The notes: generated by a model from the letters alone, not told the origin. A DNA stretch of 63,151 bases, filler included, from Collodictyon triciliatum (GCA_043381765.1; 7 parts of 7 records of this genome joined end to end with filler, not necessarily neighbours in it); one strand, 5' to 3'; shown: positions 1-14,543, counted from the whole stretch's first letter. A program made the numbers and translations.

Positions 1-11
1 TGTGTGTGTGT

Positions 12-85
<74 letters not shown>
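1..85. repeat. (TG)n microsatellite
   Basis: Direct reading. Confidence 0.95.
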
Positions 86-86
<1 letters not shown>

Positions 87-1074
87 TTCCAAAGCTGAAA
101 AGGAAGAAGAGAGAAGCTAGAATACTTTTAAGTGTAAAAATCAAATGACGCACCTCTTTCATGGCCTCGTCTACTTGGACATAAGCTACAACGGTGCAAA
201 TGAACATGGTTGTCCTTGCGAGAAGCTTTCCAAAACCCATGATATCCAAGGCCTGTTCGTAATGTTTTGCTTGGAAACTTGTGCTGTCGCTGAAGAAAAG
301 GAGTAGAAAGATATCTGAAGAGATGGCCCGGTTATTTAGTCTTTTGTTTGGCTGACTAGGCGCAGTAGAAGGAGAGGCGGTGTTGTTGGGGCCTAGGACT
401 TGTGTCTTGCCTGGTACTGTGCAAGGTGGTGATGGAAGGGTGTGTTGGAACAGATCGCATCGGGGGGTGAGGTTGTTGATGTGACTGCGGATATTGTGTT
501 CAGATGCAAATATAATGCGAAGAAGCGTGGGGTTTGTTGCAGAAGAAGAATTGGTACTATATTAATGCCATATACTAATTAAGTTACAATATTGCTTGAC
601 TATATTCCATGTGCGCCATTCATTATGGAATAAAAGCTCATTTAATTTTAATTTCCATAATTAAGCAGACCTCAGTAACAGGAGAGACGTCACTTCTTCA
701 AAAATATGACGATTTTATCCACAAAAGGTAGAAGGACTCCAGATTAGAAGAATACACATCACCCACAGTGCATTACATAGAGCATGTGACCAATAAAAAC
801 ATATTGTGCACCACGTCGCCTTATATAATGCAGATATTCCCACAGGATTCTGTCACATGGGATTTAAGCCCGCTACCCCCAGAAAAGCCGCCATCCTCTC
901 CTCACGACAGCGATATCATCAGTGACTTTGGCCTCAACACCCCACCTTATAACTTGACAAGAGACATGCATACCACCGTGGAGGGCCCAAACAACACCCA
1001 AACAACACCCAGACTCACACCCGCACTTCCGCCACACGCTCCGACTCAAAACCCGCCTGTGTAGCAAAACACGA

Positions 1075-2762
1075 ATGCTGTCAACGACACGCACCCTGCC
1101 AAGCCTTGTAGGCACCCTTTCCCGCGCGCTGCCCACCGCATCGCTGCAACAGCGCCGCATCACCTCCGGTAAGACGAGCAACCCACACCACTTCCTCCGT
1201 TCCCTCCCTCCCTCCCGCCTTCTTTCAGACAGGACCCTCCGCATGACAGGAGGCAGCCACCATTCGGCACCAGGCTCGAGTCTCGACGCACGAAAAGGCG
1301 AGGGACTTGAGACCTCAGACTTTGAGAGCAACGACTAAACAAGTTGCGGGCCCACGGGCCGGGTTGTGGGCGCAGGCAGCCGAGAGGGACTGATCCCGCC
1401 GCACGGAGGCAAGGGGCTGGTGAAGCGGCTGCTGCAGGGGGCGGAGCTTGCGGAGGAGCGCAAGAAGGCGCAGTCGCTGCGGCGGGTGGACATCACGACG
1501 CGGGAGAACGGAGACCTGATCATGATGGGGATCGGCGGGTTCTCGCCGCTGAGCGGGTTCATGGGCAAGGGCGACTGGCAGCGGGTGTGCTCGGAGATGC
1601 TGCTGCAGGACGGGACGTTCTGGCCGATCCCGATCACGCTGTCGGTGGACGCGCAGGTGGCGGGGTCGCTGCGTGCGGACGAGGAGGTTGCGCTGTACTC
1701 GGAGGGCGAGCTGATGGCGACGCTGCAGGTGCAGGACGCGTATGCGCTGGGGGCGGCCGAGAAGCAGTTTGAGTGCCAGCACGTCTTTGCCACCACCGAC
1801 ACGGAGCACCCGGGCGTCAAGCTGGTCATGGAGCAGAAGCCCGTCAACCTGGGCGGCCCCGTCAAGGTCCTGAGCGAGGGCTACTTCCCCACGCGCTTTG
1901 CCGGCATCTACCAGCGCCCCGACGAGTCGCGCGCCCTCTTTGCCCAGCGCGGCTGGAAGACCATTGCCGCCCTGCAGCTGCGCAACCCCATGCATCGCTC
2001 CCACGAGTACCTCGCAAAGATCGCCATCGAGGTCTGCGACGGCGTCTTCATCCACTCCCTCGTCGGCAACCTCAAGGACGGCGACATCCCCGCCGACGTC
2101 CGCGTCCGCTGCATCGACGTCCTCGTCGACAAGTACTTTGTCAAGGACAAGGTCGTCCAGGGCGGATACCCCCTCGACATGCGCTACGCCGGCCCCCGCG
2201 AGGCCCTCCTCCACGCCCTCTTCCGCCAGAACTACGGCTGCACCCACATGATCATCGGCCGCGACCACGCCGGCGTCGGCGACTACTACGGTGGCCTTCC
2301 CCTCCCCTCCCCTCCGCATATTTGTTACCGTACTCATTCTCTCACACATCCGTACAAGCACGCGTGCCACACCTTCATTTCCTCCCCCCAGCCTTCCTAC
2401 TTCCTCCTTCCTCGCTCACCCGCTCTCCCTCCCGCCCTGCAGGCATGTTCGACGCGCAGCTCATCTTCGACAAGATCCCCAGACCTGCCGAAGAGGGCAA
2501 GCGCCTCCTCTGCGAGCCCCTCAAGATCGACTGGACCTTCTACTGCAAGAAGTGTGACGGCCCTGCCTCCCTCCGCACCTGCCCCCATGACAAGAAGGAC
2601 CGCGTCATTGTCAGCGGAACCATGCTGCGCAAGCTCCTCTCTGAGGGCGGAACCATCCCCGACCACTTTGGCCGCGACGAGGTCCTTGAGATCCTCCGTG
2701 AGTACTACTCCTCCCTCACAAAGAAGGTCGAGGTCAAGCTCCACAAGGCCGCCACTGGGTAA
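1075..2762 (+). CDS. sat: Sulfate adenylyltransferase (ATP sulfurylase) with N-terminal mitochondrial/MRO-type presequence; exons 1075-1168, 1376-2290, 2443-2762
   Basis: Motifs [47 protein letters not shown]. Two GT-AG introns (1169-1375, 2291-2442) restore one frame ending at TAA 2760-2762. Confidence 0.95.
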
Positions 2763-3388
2763 ACACCCTCCCCCATCGCACCCTGAATCTCACACCATGC
2801 ACCGCCTGTCCCCTCCCTTGCGCGCGCTCTTTCCTCAGGATTCTCATCCCGTTCCTTTCTCTTTCATTTTGAACCTCGCTTTTCTATTTTCTCTCTCTCT
2901 CCCTCCCTTTCCCTCAGCCCATGCGCACCCTAGCCACCACACACGCACTCACTCATACTCTTAGACTCACACTAGACGTCTCCCCTCTCGCCGTCTTTAT
3001 TTTTTCTCTCTTTTTTTTTCTATGGCTCGTTCCATAGTACTATTGTTGAAATTTGTTTTTCTTCTCAAAGTGTGTGGGTGTGTGTACATCTGAGTAGGCG
3101 ATGACTGGGTCAAATTACTCGCTGTGAGGGAATGAAGTCTTTCCTTTCCGTCTCCTTCATAACCCTTTTTTTTTTATCTTCCTGAACCATATGAATCCTG
3201 CCTGGTGGTGCCTAGAGACATCAGTATACTTTCCTTTAGAAAAAAAAGATAATAAAAATATCAATCTTTGTGCGCATCTCTAATCCGAACTAGAATGACC
3301 AGCGCAAAAGCAAACCTCGTTCTTTCCTTATGCTTTCCCTATGTCCTCCTCACTATCACTCCCTATTGACAAACAGACAAACCAACCA

Positions 3389-3414
3389 ACATTGAATTGA
3401 ATAAAGGAAAAAAA
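3389..3414 (+). mobile_element. Possible degenerate copy of the micro-insertion
   Basis: acattgaattgaataaagg+An flanked by aaaccaacca at 3379-3388 and 3415-3424. Confidence 0.45.
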
Positions 3415-4221
3415 AAACCAACCATCTGACATGCGAGGAGCTTGACATCTGGTCGTGAACACTGTCTTCTCAAACTACGCACCCATAATAACCCTGGCCT
3501 ATTGAACGCCGGAGGATCCAGGACAACCTGTTGGGTCACACCAGGAACCCACACCACCACCGGGCGGGACTTCGGGGAAGGGAAAGAGACGTTATATTTT
3601 CCACAAATAGGCTATCCATTCCTCCCACAAGTCTGTCCGAGCTGCTGTTTTGACATGTGATGTTTATTTCCCATATGTGACTTCGTTATTGATGACGGAG
3701 AGTAAATGACGTCATCGTACAAAGAATATACTTTTATTGACTCTTTTCTATGTTCCTTGCAGTTTCATCCAGTTTTAGTTCCATTTTTCTCTTTTTTTTT
3801 TTTTTTTGAAAGCCAAAGAACCTCATGTCAAATAGAAACGGCGCGTATATAGAGCAACTCAACGTACGTGCTGTCCAGACAAACAAACTGGCCAAGAAAC
3901 GAACAATTCTGCCCGCCCTACTCGGCAAAACTGCGCCACACTGAGTGCACAAACTCCAAATGAGAAGACCCAGGAGGCCTCTCTTTGGATTCTTTAGAGT
4001 GCGTGGGATCGTAAAAAAAAGAAAAAGAAAAAAGTGTAAAGATGATAAAAAAAAAGGAGTCCAAAGATAAGAAAACGATATCCATCATGTTCCCTTCGTA
4101 TCCCCCCCATTCCACCATGCATCACGAGCCTGTCAGGACAGGAATCGGGCAGCACACAACTCAGCAACAAAACAAAATGCAACGGCAGAGAAAGCAAGGC
4201 AGGATCAGAAGGGCCCCGGGG

Positions 4222-5655
4222 ATGGTGAGCAGGCGAGGACGAGCAGCGGCGGCGGTGGCGCTGTTGTGGGCGTGCGCTGCAGTGTGCGTGCCGCTGCGGC
4301 CGGAGGAGGGGCGGAAGACGGTTGTGGAGGAGGAGGTGTGGCGGGCGGTGGAGGACGGGGAGGGGCAGACGACGGTGATTGTGTACCTGCAGGAGGGGAG
4401 CGGGGAGACGTGGCCGGGGGTGTCGGGCAGCGGGACGGAGGCAGCGCGGCAGACGCGGGAGCGACTGATGGAGCGGGCCGGGCGTGCGCAGGGCGCGGTC
4501 GTGGACGCCGTGGCGGGGCTGCGCGCGGAGGGCCGGCCGGGGCTGCGTGCGGAGGCGCTGTGGATCGTCAACGCGGTGCTGGTCTTTGGGGCGGACGCGG
4601 CGGTGGTGCGGGCGCTGGATGCCCGGCACGCGGCGCTGGGGATTCGGCTGGTCACTGGGGACCGGGAGCACGCGCTGGTGCGGGACGCTGCGGACATGGA
4701 GATGGAGGTGGGAGGCGGGTCCGAGGCGGAGGCGGAGGCCAACATCCTGCACATCGGGGCGCCGGCGGCGTGGCAGGCGAACCAGACGGGCAGCGGCATC
4801 CGGATCGGGTCGCTGGACAGCGGGGTGCGGGGCTCGCACGAGGCGCTGCAGGGCGGGTTTGTGGGGCTGCCGCACGGGTGGTTCGACCCGCGCGGGGTGC
4901 ATCCGGGGCCGGTGGACAGCAGCGGGCAGGGCACGCACGGGATGGGCATTGCGGCGGGGCGCAGCAGCATCGGGGTTGCGCCCGGGGCGCAGTGGCTGGC
5001 GGCCATGGGGTGCGCGTCGTCCGCGTGCGCGTCGTCGGACCTGCTGCGGGGGGCGCAGTGGCTGCTGTGCCCCGACGCCCCGGCCTGCGCCCTGCGTCCG
5101 CACATCGTCCTCAACGGCTGGGGCGGCGGGCGCGGCGACGCGTGGTTTGAGGCGACCATTGCGGCGTGGCGCGCAGCCGGCATCCTGCCCGTCTTTGCCG
5201 TCGGCGCCGGCGGCCCGCAGTGCGCAAGCGTCGCGTCCCCGGCCGACAACCCCGGCACCCTCGCCGTGGGCGCCGTCGCCCTCACGGACACGCTCGCCGC
5301 CTCCTCCGCCCGCGGGCCGTCGCCCCTCGACACGGCCACCCCCGCCGGCCCCATCCGCCCACACCTCGCCGCCCCGGGCGTCTCCATCCGCTCCGCCTCC
5401 AACGCCGCAGACTCCGCATACGCCCTCCGCTCCGGCTCCGCCCCTGCCGCTGCACACGTCGCCGGCGCCGCCGCCCTCCTCTGGGGTGCAAACCCCGCCT
5501 GGTCCCCGGACCGCGTCGAGGCCGCCCTCTTTGCAAACGCCCTTGCCCGCGGCCTCCCGCTGCCCGACGGCGGCGTCTCCCTCTGCGGCGGCACCTCCTA
5601 CGACACCGTCCCAAACAACTTCTACGGCCACGGCAGCCTCCGTGTCGTCGTTTGA
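4222..5655 (+). CDS. Secreted S8 subtilisin homologue (bacillopeptidase F-like), probably catalytically inactive
   Basis: Hydrophobic signal-like segment, prodomain, LDSG, GVAPGA, PHLAAPG, HVAGAAAL, PNNFYGHG. Start at ATG 4222 chosen from the signal peptide; the ORF is open from 4042. Confidence 0.85.
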   Translation: MVSRRGRAAAAVALLWACAAVCVPLRPEEGRKTVVEEEVWRAVEDGEGQTTVIVYLQEGSGETWPGVSGSGTEAARQTRERLMERAGRAQGAVVDAVAGLRAEGRPGLRAEALWIVNAVLVFGADAAVVRALDARHAALGIRLVTGDREHALVRDAADMEMEVGGGSEAEAEANILHIGAPAAWQANQTGSGIRIGSLDSGVRGSHEALQGGFVGLPHGWFDPRGVHPGPVDSSGQGTHGMGIAAGRSSIGVAPGAQWLAAMGCASSACASSDLLRGAQWLLCPDAPACALRPHIVLNGWGGGRGDAWFEATIAAWRAAGILPVFAVGAGGPQCASVASPADNPGTLAVGAVALTDTLAASSARGPSPLDTATPAGPIRPHLAAPGVSIRSASNAADSAYALRSGSAPAAAHVAGAAALLWGANPAWSPDRVEAALFANALARGLPLPDGGVSLCGGTSYDTVPNNFYGHGSLRVVV

Positions 5656-6266
5656 GGCCCGTCCCGCCACATCCCTTTCCTTTTCCCTTTCCCTTTCCCT
5701 TTCCCTTTCCTTTCCCTTTCCTCTTGCCACAGTCGGCGGCACTGTCCACACGGCAGCCCCAGCGACGCCGCAGACCTCACAGTCGGTGGAGACTCGATGA
5801 TGAAACAAATGAAATCGATTCATGAGCGAGGAAAATGGCACTCGGCTTCGCAATGACTCTCAAAAATAAAGCAAAAATGGACAAGAATGGCATTCTACCC
5901 AGTTCGTTTTTTTTTCCCCCTCTTCTTCCTTGCCTTTCTTTTTTTATTTTTTTTTTATTCCATCTCGATATTAGAGCATATAGTTTTCTTCGCACTACGC
6001 CTTTCTTCATCTTTTTTTTTTTTTTAGATTGCTAGTTTGTTGCGTGTGTGCGCGTATGGGAAATCAAGGACAAGAGGAAAATAACAAAACAAAACAAAAC
6101 ATACGCAGTAGTAGTATAGGCGGTAATAACAATAAGAAAAAAAAAGGGGTGTGGTAGATTAAAAATGTGCAACTTATTCTTTTCATTTGAAGAATGATAA
6201 AAAAAAATAAAAAAAAAAATAAAGAGGTTTGATACGGTACGGGGTTACGAGGATATGATGCCCATC

Positions 6267-9200
6267 CTACTCTGCGGCAAAGGACACAACCACCACGCTC
6301 ACATTGTCGGCAGTCCCCAGGCGGAATGCAGAGTTACGAACAGCTTCAGAGGCTAGGTCTGGCCGCCGCTGGTAATTAGCAAACCGGGCAATCGTCGCGG
6401 CTTCGTAGTCACTCAAGACATCCCACACACCGTCGCATCCAAGAAGCAAGAATTCGTCTTCATACTCTCTTGCCCCACTTCCATCTTCATCTTGTTGCGT
6501 CCCGGCTCTGGCTGACTTGCTGCTCGGTAGATGTAACTCTGTCACTGATAGGAATGGCTCACTGCTCACCACTGGATGTAAAAACGAATCCCCAAGCGAG
6601 CGAGAGACTACACATTTGTTTTACCCTTACATAGCTCTTTTTTTTCTTCTTCTTCAAATCTCAAGATTACAATTGATATTTATGAATTTTTTCCCCCATT
6701 TTCTCTTTTCTCTTTTAAAATCATACAAATGAGAGTAAAGCATTTTGCATAGTAAAGGAAAACAAAATGTTTTTGTAAACAAGAAATTGAGATTCAAACA
6801 TGGCGAATGACAAAGAAACATACCAGAAAGCACGCCATTTACTCGACCATCCTTGACAAATCCTCCGACACTAGCAATCCTCAACTTCTCCTCTGTTGTG
6901 GTGGGTTTGTGGTCTCGACTTAGCCGAATAACCTCTCCTAATAATTATGGTGAATACCGAATGGATACAACATCACTAAAGTAACCTAATAAAAAAAAAA
7001 GAAGAAGAAGAAGAAGAAGAAGAAGAAGAAGAAGAAGAAGAAGAAGAAGAAGAAGAAGAAGAAGAAGAAGAAGAAGAAGAAGAAGAAGAAGAAGAAGAAG
7101 AAGAAGAAGAAGGAAGGCTAAAAACGATATCGAAGTGCGACAAACCCCCTCTTGAGATAATACCACGGGAATCGCCTGCACAGGCCATGTAAAGAGTATC
7201 ACCAACGAACAAAGCAATCAATACAGTGGTGCCACAAAACAAGAAACCAGCCATGGAATCATTTACATCCATAAATGCCTAAAAGTAAGTGATGTGAATA
7301 TATATTATAAAATAAAATGACTCATGCTGAAGTAGCAGTTTTTTTATTTTATTTTATTTTTTAAAAAAAGGAGGGATTCGGTAATACCAGCATCACATCA
7401 AGTAAATACCATCTTTGAAAAAAAAAAAGAAGGAAATTACACGATGAAGGACACTTCCAGGGTCAGCTTCAATGCCTTCCCGATTGTATAAAAGTTCAAT
7501 CATTAATGGGATTTGCTCTGACGCGTAAATTGCTGCATCAACACCACCATGTCCATCAAACAAACCAACCAAGCACCATCCTTCTTGCCCCATAAACTGA
7601 TCAATCACAACCTTTTTGATATATATATTTAAAAATTCACACACTATTGAGAAAGAATTCAAAAATTATGGGTAGATGAATGATTGCGATTGAGAAACCT
7701 AAAGAGTTCATATACCATAACATCGAAAAAGTTTTTTTTAGAAACAAACAAACAAACAAACAAACAAACAAACAAACAAACAAACAAACAAACAAACAAA
7801 CAAACAAACAAACGGTCAGATTTGTTATACTAAAAATAAAATAGAGAATCGAAAGGACGATATTATAAGTAATCACATTCGTACCACCCTATCCTCCATT
7901 TTCTGTCGCCTTCCTATAGTATCAGAGAAGCCAACCCGAAATCGTCCGGTTTTCAGTGCATTACTCTTTAGTGATATTTCACTCATCGCCGCAATAACCT
8001 CATTTGTGTATGATATATATCCTAGAGGTCTTGGGATAGCCTATTCAAATAAGAAAATCTATGAAAAGGTAACCTCAAATTCATCTTTAAATAAATCCAA
8101 TAACACTTGATCAAATGAGACATGATTTTTCTGGTATATTGGCTTCAGTTTTATGTATGTATGAATGTATGTATGCAATAAGTGGACTCACAGATTCAGC
8201 TACAAACATATCATCTAAGTTTGAAAACATCGGGCTCCGCTCCCACGTTATGTTTTGTATTATGGATATTCCTCGAGCAACAACACTTGAAATATGCGAC
8301 GGAACAGAAAGAGTTCCATCAGACAGGATTATTGTTCCGGTACTAACGCTATATCTATCAGGGTGACATTCCCATTCAAGTGTCGAGTTTTTTGGCTTTG
8401 ACGGAAAGTTTTTCGTAAGAATCGACTCGAGGCGTTTGTGAGTTTTGTCACAATAACCTGGTGAGCCTTCCAAATCAATAATGTATATGTTTTTACACTT
8501 TTCGACAGCATCAATAATTTTGTTCAAACCATCAGATGTAAAAAGATTTGATATTAGCCGAAATTCAAGTAGATTTGAAGACTGCTTCATGTAACCAATT
8601 ATATGAGGAACGCTACCATCTGTTGCTCCAACGTAAGACACATTCACAGAGGTAAGGGTGATAATATTACAAAAGAGGTCGAAAAATATTTTGAGCCCAT
8701 CATCTCCAAAATAATTACAACTCATATCAATCTTTTTTACATTTGAAAATAAACTAACACAATGGTATATACTCGGTAACGATTTGATCGTAATATTGTT
8801 GTTTCGAAGACAGAAACAACCAATAACTGAGCACAGCTCAGGTATGCACAAAGATTCCATAAACATGGTGCAAACCTGATTTTTATTCGGATATGATTTG
8901 ATAGAGGTTTATTCAAAAAAATTTAAATGACAATTTTAATAGGATCGAAAAAAATAATATCATGCTATTACTTTGTGTAATAAGGAGAATTGGGCAGAGA
9001 CATACCTTATCTCCAAGTCTGTCGTCGTAAATTGATATACCATGCCCATCTCCACACTGAAAAGGTTTTCGAATCTGTCCATTCAGTTCTCGCATAATAT
9101 ATTTTGGATATTCTGTATGTGAATACGAACCATCTTGCACAAGCCGATCCAGTAATTGGTTTGTTACCTGATCAGCAAAGTCTGCCTTATTGACTTTGTT

Positions 9201-9993
9201 TCGCATAGAAAATGAAAAACGATTACGAGAAGGTGAACTAGTCGGACTCATGAAGGCCAAAGAAGGAGAGCGTTTTGAGTTGGTCCGAGTATCTTCGGGC
9301 TCGTGACGAATGCTTCTTGGAAGAGATGTGTCTGATAGAGCGACAGAGGCCTTTTTTGGTGGCAGATCTGGTGATAGAAGCCCGGACTCTATTAAGTGTG
9401 ATGGAACAAGGAATATTGAGATATAAAAAATAAATAAATATAATACAAAACAAAAAGCATAGACAAATAAACATAAGACGAGTGGGTTAAAGGATGTCTA
9501 TGAATCGAAAAAAAAAGGAAAGAAATCAAAAGTGTTGGAGAAAAACCGCATCGCATGATAGTTCATCAAATAAAAATAAAGTTGGTATTGATATCTTCTG
9601 GTTCTAGATGTAAAGAATAAAAAGATATCAGTTATGAGGGTTAAAAGAAAAAAGAAAATATAAAAAAAGGAAAACACAGCATAAGAAGACATAATAACTT
9701 GATCCTTGGGGTAGTGGCTCGCTTTGAGAGGCAGATGGAATACGATCCTTCCGTTCAGAGACTGGGCCGACCGAGGACTCGGTGAGACTGGAGGGGACGG
9801 GTGAGTTGGACACAAGAGAATAAGAGCGAATGGCTGGAGAGTCCTGTGAGGTGGAGTCCAACTCGGTGGAGTTGTTGGGATCCTTGCCACTGACAGAAAT
9901 AAGATGCGTCCCATTGGTTTCCACGGGCGGGCTTTCCTTCGCCTGGGGCACAACTTTGGAGGAGAAAAGCCTGGACGAGACAACTCCGCCCAT
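6267..9993 (-). CDS. PP2C (PPM) phosphatase with N-terminal LRR region, about 8 exons
   Basis: GRRQKMED, LFDGHGG, ACAGDSR, LLLGCDGVWDV and GTADNVSVVVV spread over GT-AG exons; RI-like LRRs at ~8400-8870; MGGVVS myristoylation-like start; TAG stop at 6267. Confidence 0.85.
6999..7112. repeat. Intronic (AAG)n microsatellite; similar tracts: (AAAC)n 7742-7813 and 29525-29630, (TTTA)n 12531-12639 and 40985-41064, (AAT)n 30278-30391 and 43429-43523, (TTTC)n 39915-40013, (TTG)n 59692-59790
   Basis: Direct reading; these explain the poly-L/S/I/N ORFs in the track. Confidence 0.95.
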
Positions 9994-10553
9994 TCTGAAT
10001 ACACCCGGTGCGGGCGGTTGGGTCGATCTAGTGCCGACTGTTTTGAGGAGGAAGTCGAATTATATCCCTGTTAATCACTATGCCACAGCATCAATTACAG
10101 CCGGCAGAGAAGATACCATCTGCCAAAATGCAGCTGACAAAAGTTATCGGGACACAGAGTGACTTGACACGCCTTAAGGTTCTTTTGGACCTCAAGATCT
10201 GAACGTGGAAAGACAAGGAGAGATGAAAGCCTGACACATAGCGCAACAAACGCAAAAAAGGGGAGGCCACCTTTGTTTCGCCCGTTCGCAACATACGAAG
10301 CTGACTCCTTTCAAAACAGCGTGATTGAGCTTGCGGCTCATGAGTTGTGCGGGCGGAAAATGAGCAGAGTGTTGTATTCGGGCGAGTGTGCGTGCCAACC
10401 AAAGGATGTACGAATTACAGTTTTGGCGCAACAAAATGGAATATAGCTCGTTTGCAAGAAAAAAAAAGGACAAAAAAAAAGTGAAGAACACACGACAACC
10501 CTTACCTGGAAGAGTGATTATGTAACGGAAACCAAGATAAGATGGAAGTGCTT

Positions 10554-10802
10554 TTATCCTTTTGCGGAACCAATGGGCACCGTTGGAATGGGCGGCAGCG
10601 CGTTTGGGTTTGGAGAGGAGGTTTCCAGGGCTTTGTGCTTGGTTGCGATAGGTGGAAGATGGCTCCTTCTCGGTGCAGGGACGTTAATAGGATCTTCCGG
10701 AAGTGCGGCTGGTTTTCTAATGGCGTCTGCTTCCTTCGTCCCCTCTCCGTTGTCAACCGGACTGTTTCCCTCACGGCTTACAGTGGCGATGACCTCGGTA
10801 AC
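10554..10802 (-). CDS. 3' end of an unidentified Pro-rich protein, cut by the spacer
   Basis: Open frame from the contig edge (VTEVIATVSREG...PIGSAKG*); no family recognised. Confidence 0.35.
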   Translation of the reverse strand, partial: VTEVIATVSREGNSPVDNGEGTKEADAIRKPAALPEDPINVPAPRRSHLPPIATKHKALETSSPNPNALPPIPTVPIGSAKG

Positions 10803-10902
10803 NNNNNNNNNNNNNNNNNNNNNNNNNNNNNNNNNNNNNNNNNNNNTTAATTAATTAANNNNNNNNNNNNNNNNNNNNNNNNNNNNNNNNNNNNNNNNNN
10901 NN
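10803..10902. other. Artificial contig spacer (also 21733-21832, 32631-32730, 43524-43623, 54414-54513, 61051-61150)
   Basis: Identical 44N-TTAATTAATTAA-44N block with stops in all six frames. Confidence 0.98.
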
Positions 10903-11085
10903 AAACAAAAAAACAAAAAACAAAAAACAAAAAACAAAAAACAAAAAACAAAAAACAAAAAACAAAAAACAAAAAACAAAAAACAAAAAAAAAACAAAAA
11001 AACAATACAAATACAAATACAAATACAAATACAAATACAAAAAACAAACGGGAGATAGTCGAGACGAAACCATGCAATGTGGTAA

Positions 11086-13070
<1,985 letters not shown>

Positions 13071-13357
13071 GATTGCGGCTGACTCTTGGACTCTTTTCCT
13101 TCTTGCTCTCTTGTGGGTTTCTCCTTCTAACCTTCCGCGATCCTGAACCGCTGAACCTGAGATTCGTTCCGATTCCGATGGATCTTGTTTGTTCTTGTGA
13201 CAACTTCCTGAAACCCACAAACTCGAAACACTTATTTCATTTCGCTTGGCTCCAAGGGACGTGCGAACCATTCCATTGAAAACAAATCACGCACGATATG
13301 AATAAAGAAAATATGCAAGATTCTACGCGCTGTAAGTTGTGGTTATGGTTAACATAG

Positions 13358-13771
13358 GAGGCATCAAGACAGCCTTCGTTACATGTCCAGAAAGGATACC
13401 CCAAAGAGAAGCCAACACAAGAACCAGCGCCCACCAAAGATAGTCCGTTTATCCTGCCCCAGCCCGTCGCACCGAGAACCAAGGAGCAAGAGCAAATGCC
13501 ACAAGTCGAATCCAAGCTTGGAACTCCACACACCAAAGACAGTCCGAGCAAGCAGGAGCGTATGTTTCTAAAACCACAAACGCATATTCATACTCCGGTT
13601 AAGCAAAGTCCACTGCCGGCTACGCATGGTTCCGAAACCAGGGGACGGTCAAGCGCCACTTCCGTGAATACCAGACAAACAACGACATATCGCTTTTTGT
13701 CTGAATCTCCCAGCAAGAAACGCAAGGAAAGTGACCCGTTGTCCCCTCAAAAGACTCATCCTGTGGAATGA
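13358..13771 (+). CDS. Hypothetical Pro/Ser/Lys-rich terminal exon
   Basis: Open frame after an AG acceptor (aacatag), ending TGA 13771; no family recognised. Confidence 0.35.
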   Translation, partial: EASRQPSLHVQKGYPKEKPTQEPAPTKDSPFILPQPVAPRTKEQEQMPQVESKLGTPHTKDSPSKQERMFLKPQTHIHTPVKQSPLPATHGSETRGRSSATSVNTRQTTTYRFLSESPSKKRKESDPLSPQKTHPVE

Positions 13772-13798
13772 AATAGGATGTAATACATTGTCTGAGAT

Positions 13799-13823
13799 TT
13801 TTTTTCCTTTATTCGATTCAAAG
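13799..13823 (-). mobile_element. 25-nt micro-insertion with a 17-nt target-site duplication
   Basis: CTTTGAATCGAATAAAGG+A7 (minus strand) between identical aatacattgtctgagat at 13782-13798 and 13824-13840. Confidence 0.85.
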
Positions 13824-14543
13824 AATACATTGTCTGAGATAGATGGTTGAAAGGGCTCGTCGAATCGATTTGAGAAGTAACTATCATGTGCGTACTTTCA
13901 TCGACCCGACAACTTTATTGGCTCTTTACAAGTGTCGAATACAACCAGAAATCACGTTGGAGCCGAACCACCTCGGGTAGAATAGACTGCATGTGAGAAC
14001 ACTTTCTCTCCTTTCCATTTTCTTTTTCTCTTTATCTTTCTTTTTCTTTCCACCCAAAACACAAAAACTTCAACCACACAATCCGAGTTTTCCACTGTCT
14101 TGTCCACAGCTCACTTTTGTCCTAGAGGTGAAGGCGGTGACCTCGGCTTTGATTTTCTTGAGATAAGCTTGAAGAGAAAAAATTATAGGAAAATCTTTTA
14201 ATATAAAGCCATTATATATTTCATACTGTAAGGCAGTTCAAGTATTGCAATATCCCCCAAAATACTGTTTAACGTCTTCCAGTTTATTCTTATAGTTTGA
14301 GTAAGAATTCAGCGTAGATGCCACGTGATTCTTTGTGTGTCACACAAAAGCAGATGCCACATAGTCTGGTTGAGCAGCTCCACACCTTTGAAGGCTTGGT
14401 TATGTAAGACGTATGTTTTCTTTTGAAGCGTGACAAAAGGAGTGAACTTCACGGAGGTGAAAGAAGAGAAGAGAAGTGGCGGAATCTTGTGAATTGTAAT
14501 ACAGACAGTATAGAACATATGTTACTGCCTTTGGATTCAGCTT

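Noticed and set aside
1315-5853. Many long overlapping and antisense ORFs over sat and the S8 gene
   Set aside because: Shadow frames caused by very high GC3; only one frame has family motifs.
13799-13823. Micro-element as a spliced-leader relic (reverse strand ends ...TTCAAAG)
   Set aside because: Copies are not at gene 5' ends, carry TSDs and an A tail on the other strand, and match a LINE terminus.
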